This document shows positions 58,601 to 64,000 of a stretch of 64,000 nt of DNA, in pieces; position 1 is the first letter of the stretch, and the number at the start of each line of letters is the position of its first letter. Under the pieces are notes generated by a model. It saw nothing but the letters and a program-made list of their open reading frames with translations, searched no databases and was not told where the DNA came from. Source of the stretch: Folioceros fuciformis (taxonomy: Eukaryota); contig JBNGIO010006285.1 in the NCBI GenBank assembly GCA_049999805.1, positions 1-64,000 of the forward strand, read 5' to 3'. The position numbers and the translations under genes were made by a program.

Positions 58601-60981
58601 TGAATCGCGCTGTGTTCACGGATATCTATGGCAATCCCATTCCCCAGCAATATCCTGCTCCTGGGCAGGCACCTCAGGTGCATGGTTATGCACCTGATCC
58701 TTTGGCGGGGAAAAAGAAGGAGAAGAAGGACAAGTTGAAGGATGGAGAGGAGGTGAATCAGAGTGTGGCGACGGATATGCATGGCAACCCCGTTCCTCTG
58801 CAGCATGGTCCCCCTGGGCAGGAAGCCGTCGTTGGGCATAAATTTCCTGCAAGCCATGCTGACCATGCGGCTGGGGCCGGGTACCAATACCCTGCTGCTA
58901 TGCATGGGATGCCATTGCAGGGTTCCTTGGCTCCTGGCAGTGTAGGAAATCAACCGGGCCTGAGCCAGGGAGTTGTGTACAGCAATGAGCCAGTCAAGGA
59001 GAAGAAGAAAGAAAAGAAAGAAAAGAAAGACAAGAGTGCAAGTTCGTACTCCGGTGCTGCACACGGAAACGCTGGGCCTCTTCCAGTTGTGCAGCCAATC
59101 TATGATCCTGCTGCTTATGCGGTGCATGCCATGTATGGTGCCCCATCAGCATTGCCGGTTGATGCTCCGGTTGCTCCCGTTCTTGTGGAATATGCTACTG
59201 AGGAGAAGGTTAAGGCGAAGAAGGAGAAGAAAAAGAAGGAGAAAGAGGCCCGAGCTGCTGAGCAAGTTTATGGGAATCCACCGCTCGGCTCTCATGGGTA
59301 TGGAAGAGGGCAGGTGTATGGCACAGCAGGACATGCCGCCGGTGGGCAGATAAACCCCTTGGTACATGTTCAATCTGCAAGTGCTCCAGGTTTACATCCG
59401 GGAATGACCCGACCTCCTCCAGGTGTTGTTGGTGTTCAACGAGTTAAAACTCCTCCACAGGTGTGGACAGCGCCTCCGGACAGGGCAGCACCCATGCAGA
59501 CTTCCACAGCACCATACGGCCATCCTCCTCAGAGCAGGCCACAGACGCCCCCTCAGTTTGTGGGTCAACAGCAGGTTATGCCTCGTCCCCATTACGGTTC
59601 CTCTGGTTCTCAGGCTCCCTCACATCTCCATCCGAGGGGACCACCAGTGCATGCCTACCTGAACACGGCTGTCCGCTCAGCACCATCTCCAGATCTGTAC
59701 ACCCAGCCTCAGAGCTTGCATGCAGGGCAAGTGCCAGATGGCCCTGGTTCAGGCCCAGGATATTCAGCTGAGTCCGTGATTCAGGCAGCGATTCCAGGAA
59801 GAGGGCCGTTCAGACCTCCAGTTGCCTTTCAACAGGGACCAAACCGCGACCTGGTTTACAGCGATCCTCCGCCCTCCTTCCAGCATCCGCAGCCCAGCCT
59901 TGGAACTGCAAGGCCATTACCAGGGTATCAGCAACAGCAAGGATCTATTGGCCGCGGCGGAAGTCAAGTAGCGTATTCACAGCAGCCTGGTCCTGGAATT
60001 ATGGGGCAGTCACAGGGGCAGCCTTTTCGACGGGTTGCTAGTCCTGGCTTGGGAGGGCAGCGGCAGATTCAGCCAATGGTGGCAGGTTATGCAGGGCAAC
60101 GGCTGATAGGAGCAGCTTCTCCAGTTCCGCAACCTCCAGCCTTTGGCAGGGGACAGCAGCCACCTGGGGGAATGCAGGGCAGGCCACAACAGATGGGATA
60201 CGGGCAAAGACCCGGCATGATGAATGCATTGGCCTCGGTAGCCAGCAATCAACAGCCGCCTATTATGTACGCAGGAGGTGTCCAGATGGGTAGCAACCAG
60301 CAGCAGCAGCAACAGCAACAGATGCCGAGGGTATGGCAGAACAACAGTAACAACCAAGGCGGCATGGGGAGCAACACCATCCCGACCCAGCCGCAGCCCG
60401 GCATGGGCAACCAGTCCCAACAGCCGCCAATCATGAGCAACCCGTCCCAACAGCCGCCAATCATGAGCAACCCGTCCCAACAGCCGCCAATCATGGGCAA
60501 CCCGACACAACCTCAGCAAGGCATGGACAACAACCAGTGGCGAACGCAGAAAGATTCCAGCACCACCAGCGACCAGATGCAATTTTCACAACAAGGCTAC
60601 AACACCACTCAGAACACAAGCCTCTATGCTTCAAGCGACAGCTACAATGATGTGCACTCCCAGCCACAGTATGATACACAGAGCTACGTTCAGGGTCAAG
60701 AAGGCAACCATCTCTACTACCAGAATCAGAGTTACGAGCAGCACAGTCAAGGGGTCCTCGAGCAGTATTACGACCAGGGCCAAGACCATGGCCAGAGCCA
60801 CAATTTCGACATGGGCTTTGACCCGGGCAGCTTCGGTGCTTCCTCGTACGACCAGGGCGGCTTCGATGCTTCCTCCTATGAACTGAGCGGCTTCGGTGCT
60901 TCCTCCTTTGACCAGGGCAGCTTCGATCTTTCCTCGTTTGGCCAGAGCGACATGAGCTCTTCCGACTTCCCCGCATGGTAA
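55690..60981 (+). CDS. Giant intronless low-complexity repeat protein (about 1750 aa) with nine TDMYGNP-type repeats and Lys-rich tracts
   Basis: 5.3-kb open frame whose repeats differ by in-frame length changes. There is no signal peptide or recognisable folded domain. A 10-N gap at 56811 has a duplicated flank. Confidence 0.85.
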   Translation: MEDECEHHETYQQDEDYQELVQQHEGYVQGVYLVQPNEEYTQEVYLVKQNEGHVGEYQGYSYAGTQVGQYAHAGYSAEEQWHGGHEEEQDQQQQQQQGEDQNEDSSTSSAGVSSDWYDSSDPDSDGDKKKEKKKDKAKEDTGKHKEGKDEGQGKKAKKKGKDEGEDKKAKKKNGKDGGEDKKEQQEGGNVGAANAAYGQAYYQQYSGPPPRAVALQQAGQYQASGQGGSFVPLHAYGASFDAAGTVGREVVVEKADDKSHKKKKGEDKFREEGSSDSDSGSEKEKKKDKVKGDDARFDQGYYPAAQGPVGYAYGVDAAQAVHVGYAYGGEAPQHVPDIGTQEELGEEEEKKKKKKDKSKDSHGDAPTAHVAQWXXXXKDSHGDAPTAHVAQWQPPPNVGWPQGQALPHADGYGYGYAAPPSDKESENDKEKDKKQKEHNASDAPHPSPDIHGSAHFPATDQQIRSLEQQGGAAPHMHGSYNPRTEPSSALSPPSGYHPPPHGFSFVSSDERSYPGAPDQGVASDTESTKGKKEEDGKHKDEEHDKGDVHSGGHRWQAPQGAVPPSTPPQIHAYPAQRVAEKKKDKGKSKDGEEVNQTVSTDMYSNPPPQHFAPPGQAPQIHGYPPEPVPEKKEKRDKPKDGEEVNRGVFTDMYGNPLPPQYAPPGQSPQAYGYPPGPMAEKKKEKKDKSEDKSKDGEQVYESVATDMYGNPLPQQYGPPGQAPQVYGYPPDPMAETKKEKKDKSKHKSKDGEQVYQSVATDMYGNPLPQQYGPPPGQAPQIYGYPPEPVSEKKKEKKEKKEKKEKKDKSKDGEQVYESVATDMYGNPLPQQYGAPGQAPQIYGYPPDPIAEKKGKKDKSKDESKGGEQVYESVATGMYGNPLPQQYGPPGQTPYMQGYASGPEAVKKKEKKDKSKNGEKVNQSVSTDMYGNPLPQHFAPPGQAPQIHGYAPELVAEKKKEKKEKPKDREEVNRAVFTDIYGNPIPQQYPAPGQAPQVHGYAPDPLAGKKKEKKDKLKDGEEVNQSVATDMHGNPVPLQHGPPGQEAVVGHKFPASHADHAAGAGYQYPAAMHGMPLQGSLAPGSVGNQPGLSQGVVYSNEPVKEKKKEKKEKKDKSASSYSGAAHGNAGPLPVVQPIYDPAAYAVHAMYGAPSALPVDAPVAPVLVEYATEEKVKAKKEKKKKEKEARAAEQVYGNPPLGSHGYGRGQVYGTAGHAAGGQINPLVHVQSASAPGLHPGMTRPPPGVVGVQRVKTPPQVWTAPPDRAAPMQTSTAPYGHPPQSRPQTPPQFVGQQQVMPRPHYGSSGSQAPSHLHPRGPPVHAYLNTAVRSAPSPDLYTQPQSLHAGQVPDGPGSGPGYSAESVIQAAIPGRGPFRPPVAFQQGPNRDLVYSDPPPSFQHPQPSLGTARPLPGYQQQQGSIGRGGSQVAYSQQPGPGIMGQSQGQPFRRVASPGLGGQRQIQPMVAGYAGQRLIGAASPVPQPPAFGRGQQPPGGMQGRPQQMGYGQRPGMMNALASVASNQQPPIMYAGGVQMGSNQQQQQQQQMPRVWQNNSNNQGGMGSNTIPTQPQPGMGNQSQQPPIMSNPSQQPPIMSNPSQQPPIMGNPTQPQQGMDNNQWRTQKDSSTTSDQMQFSQQGYNTTQNTSLYASSDSYNDVHSQPQYDTQSYVQGQEGNHLYYQNQSYEQHSQGVLEQYYDQGQDHGQSHNFDMGFDPGSFGASSYDQGGFDASSYELSGFGASSFDQGSFDLSSFGQSDMSSSDFPAW

Positions 60982-61824
60982 AGGTCGTGGATCAGGCCAA
61001 CTTCTACACTTTGGTGGTCGAGTTCCGCCCACAAACAGCCAATGCATCTAGCAGAGTGATACGATTTGGTGTGTCACGGATACATAGGAATGTTTTACCT
61101 TCCCAACGTCGCCGGAGATACATCTGGGATGACCATCTTGACCTGCAGACAAGAACGCCCCTCCGTTTCTGTAGCTTCGGACGGCACTGGTAGTCAGAGC
61201 ACGAAACATGCACGTCAAGTCCACTCTCAAATTCCGGTAGAAACACTAAACACTGAACATGGACTCGCTGTGAGGCAGCCACCGATGATTCGGGATGTAC
61301 ATACTGCTTGTAAATGTAAGAGCCAATTCCGCTTCAGGATGGCTGACTCTTATCCTACTGACCACACAAGACGAATCTCGTCGAGAATTGCTTGAGATAG
61401 ACTTTGCTGATATGGCAAGAATGTTAGCTGTGCGAACTGCAAACCTTGAGGCAAGGCAGGGAACGTCAACTAGGACAGCGTCAAATCGGCCGTTCTGTAA
61501 CACCTTGTCGAGCACAAGTGTCGGATGATGCTGGTACGGTGTTATCCTGAGCACGGTACAGTGTTCTCGTCTTACAAGTCTTGAATAGGAGAGAGACTGT
61601 TGTACCGCGGGCTGGCCAGAAGCATCGTTCCCAGAGCCTCGAAGCCGCCCGGAATGCGCGACTCGGAAGTTGATATGCTCTTGCGCAGTCCCATGTTACT
61701 TTGTGCTGGTGGGTTTGCTTTGCTTGTGAATTTGGGTTTGGCGGCTGTGTCTTTGCGGGTGTGATCTGACGAACGTATCTGTCCCCTCAGGACTTGTATT
61801 CAAGAGGGACCGCAGAGCGTGGAC

Positions 61825-64000
61825 ATGGGGGACGGTGGAGGGCCAACGGACCTCCGTCGCAAGCTGGATGCGTTTCATCAAAACCTGATCTTGCTTGCCG
61901 GCAACGCGTCGGACGACTCGGATTGGGATGATTCGGAGGGTGAGGAGTCCAAGGAGGCGACGACGAATGAGCAGGATCTCACGGCTGCTGCATCAGCAGC
62001 AGCAGCGAGCTCCGTGTCATCAGATGGCGAGTGCGAAACGGAAAAGCGGCCTACCAACACCAGTCCACCTCCTTCCTTCCTTCAGCCGCAAGATCTGCAG
62101 CAAAGGATTCCGGCCAGAGGCAAGCCCCAGTTCCCGCCCAGTTTCGAGCTGCTCAGCCAGTCTCGGGTGCTTGGTCAGAGACAACGGCCTGATGAGCCTC
62201 CTCCGCGTCCTGCTGCGTTCCAGCGCGAGGAGGAAAGTAGGGAGGAGTCAGGAAGGCAGAGGTCGGAAAGGAGTGAGGACGAAGGGAGGGAGAGGGCAGA
62301 TAGCTCTTCTTTACGGGAAGGAGTCGATGCTGCGCAATCTAAGGTGCTTGACCAGGCCAGGAGTAGGAAACTTGTGCATTTGCCTGCAGCTAGTCGGGAT
62401 GATGTGGAAGTGGCTGGAGAATTCGAAGCAGGGTATGAGAAAAGGCACGATGTGGAGCAGGAGCAGAGATATAAGCGGCATGAACCTGAGACCACAGTCC
62501 CTGATGTGGAACAGGTGAGCGACAAGGAGTGGGAGAAGGACATCGATCACCGGGATACGAAAGAGACTTCTGTAACTGCCATTCTTGTGGATGAAGGAGG
62601 GAGGACACGGAATGAGCCTCCAGGAAGTGCACAGGGTCCTAGTTTTCGGTTCGATCCTGCTCTTCTTAAGATTGGTAGTATGGTGCCTCGCAGAGCGCCT
62701 GTTCGCCAGGGCGTGAGGCAGAATCTTGGGCAATGGGGTGAATTGAGGCAAGGAGGAGCGTTGTCTCCTCCTCGTGGGTACGATGCCTCTTCATTGGGAT
62801 TTTCATTTGAACCTCGTGCAGGTCAGGAGGTGCCTGAGCGTGAACGCCACACAGGCCGGTGGGATCATCATCCAAGTTCGTCCTCGTTGGTGTCGGAGTC
62901 TGCTAGGAAAGAAGGCAGAACTTCTTACGAGCACGTCTACGAAGTGGGTGCTCAGGTGCCGGGGCACGGCAGTGAGATTCAGGTCAGTCCTGGTGGGGAG
63001 ACTGAAAGCCCTATGATGCCACTGCATGGAAAGGGCGATTCAGATCATGACGCTGATCTCGATAGGGAGCTTGCAGACTTAGAAGCTGAACTGGATGCAG
63101 ACTTAGCGAAGGGTGGGGAAGACGATGATTCGGAGATGCTCGCTGGTCGTCGTCTTCCGAATGTCAGTCGACTGTACAGTACTGCTGGACACGTCCGTTT
63201 TGCCGCCTCAGCAGATCCAGTCGTCGAACAACTGCCCACAAGCCTGTTCAACCTGCCAGCTGATTCAGAGGGGACTGCAGGGGAGAAGGAACTGGGCAAG
63301 CCGCAGGAACAGGGCTTGTCTATTCCTGTGGAACCTCAAGTTTCCCTTGATGCCTACGGATATGTACCTAAGCCTCCTGGAAGTGGGAAACCTGTCAAGG
63401 AGAAGAAGGAGAAGGTGAAAGACATAGTGAACCGAAGCACATCAGATGCTGTTGGTTCTGGAATTGACGTTTATGGGTATGGTTCTCGGGACAAGCCTGG
63501 CGAATTGTCTGGAGCATCCTCACAGGGCATGTCGATTCCTGGGGAATCTCCACTTCCCCTGGATGAGTTTGGAGATGCGCCTCTTGGAAGCGGGAAGCGT
63601 GTGAAGGAGAAGGTGACAGAAACCACGGCATCAGATGCCGCTGTTCCTGGAATTGATGTGTATATGTACTCTCGGGACAAGCCTGGTGAAGGGTATGGAG
63701 TTTCCTCACGGGTCGTGTCCATTCCTGGGGACGCTGAAGTTCACTTAGATGAATACGGTTTTGTTCCTACCCCTCCTGGCAGTGGGAGACTAGTGAAGGA
63801 GAAGGTGAACGATAAGCTGAAGAAAAGCACGACAGTAGATGTGGTTGCTTCTGGAGTTGATTTGTATGGGTTCAGTTCTCTGGACAAGCCTGGTGAATTG
63901 TACGAAGCTTCTTCACAGAGCGCGTCCATTCCTGAGGAGCCTCAAGTTTCTCTAGATGAGTACGGATATGCAGCTAACCCTCCTGGAAGTGAGAGGCCTA
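61825..64000 (+). CDS. Partial (3' open) intronless disordered repeat protein, at least 725 aa; absent from the ORF track
   Basis: Manual translation from ATG 61825 (MGDGGGPTDLRRKLDAFHQNLILLAGNASDDSDWDDSEGEES..) gives no stop to the window end. Repeats of 62-71 aa start at 63319, 63532, 63718 and 63925. Confidence 0.85.
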   Translation, partial: MGDGGGPTDLRRKLDAFHQNLILLAGNASDDSDWDDSEGEESKEATTNEQDLTAAASAAAASSVSSDGECETEKRPTNTSPPPSFLQPQDLQQRIPARGKPQFPPSFELLSQSRVLGQRQRPDEPPPRPAAFQREEESREESGRQRSERSEDEGRERADSSSLREGVDAAQSKVLDQARSRKLVHLPAASRDDVEVAGEFEAGYEKRHDVEQEQRYKRHEPETTVPDVEQVSDKEWEKDIDHRDTKETSVTAILVDEGGRTRNEPPGSAQGPSFRFDPALLKIGSMVPRRAPVRQGVRQNLGQWGELRQGGALSPPRGYDASSLGFSFEPRAGQEVPERERHTGRWDHHPSSSSLVSESARKEGRTSYEHVYEVGAQVPGHGSEIQVSPGGETESPMMPLHGKGDSDHDADLDRELADLEAELDADLAKGGEDDDSEMLAGRRLPNVSRLYSTAGHVRFAASADPVVEQLPTSLFNLPADSEGTAGEKELGKPQEQGLSIPVEPQVSLDAYGYVPKPPGSGKPVKEKKEKVKDIVNRSTSDAVGSGIDVYGYGSRDKPGELSGASSQGMSIPGESPLPLDEFGDAPLGSGKRVKEKVTETTASDAAVPGIDVYMYSRDKPGEGYGVSSRVVSIPGDAEVHLDEYGFVPTPPGSGRLVKEKVNDKLKKSTTVDVVASGVDLYGFSSLDKPGELYEASSQSASIPEEPQVSLDEYGYAANPPGSERP

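Noticed and set aside
57487-58800. Pyrenoid Rubisco-linker (EPYC1-like) interpretation of the 50-61 aa repeats
   Set aside because: The N-terminus is acidic with no plastid transit peptide, and there is no W(R/K)-type Rubisco-binding motif.
57688-59127. 479-aa minus-strand ORF and similar ORFs at 55207-56286 and 49590-50204
   Set aside because: Antisense or alternative frames of repeat-coding DNA.

Overview
Gene-dense eukaryotic nuclear DNA from a seed-free land plant, most likely a hornwort. This is an inference from short 80-150 nt introns, intergenic gaps often under 300 bp, PLS-class PPR genes with elongated L ('LL') motifs, and cilium/centriole-type genes. About 14 protein-coding genes are supported: two PLS-E+ PPR editing factors, NECAP, an ArfB/ICT1-like GGQ protein, an AMSH deubiquitinase, a SLAC1-family anion channel, an XRRA1-like LRR protein, OBAP2, a possible PROSER3-like gene, a plant uncharacterised membrane protein, an IRK/PXC2-like LRR-RLK, DVR, FY/WDR33, and two adjacent giant intronless repeat proteins. 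The second repeat protein is missing from the ORF track because it runs off the window. Repeat-rich stretches (about 23.5-32 kb, 44.4-49 kb, 52.8-54.7 kb) hold a fused GAE+PPR pseudogene, a decayed Mutator-like element nested in a tandem-repeat array, CRE-like non-LTR retrotransposon remnants and several minisatellites. The best candidate for something undescribed is the tandem pair of giant disordered proteins at 55.7-64 kb, built from repeats with dehydrin Y-segment-like DxYG(NP) motifs and Lys-rich tracts but no K-segment. All family assignments come from motif recognition by eye, not from database searches. Several N gaps limit certainty.
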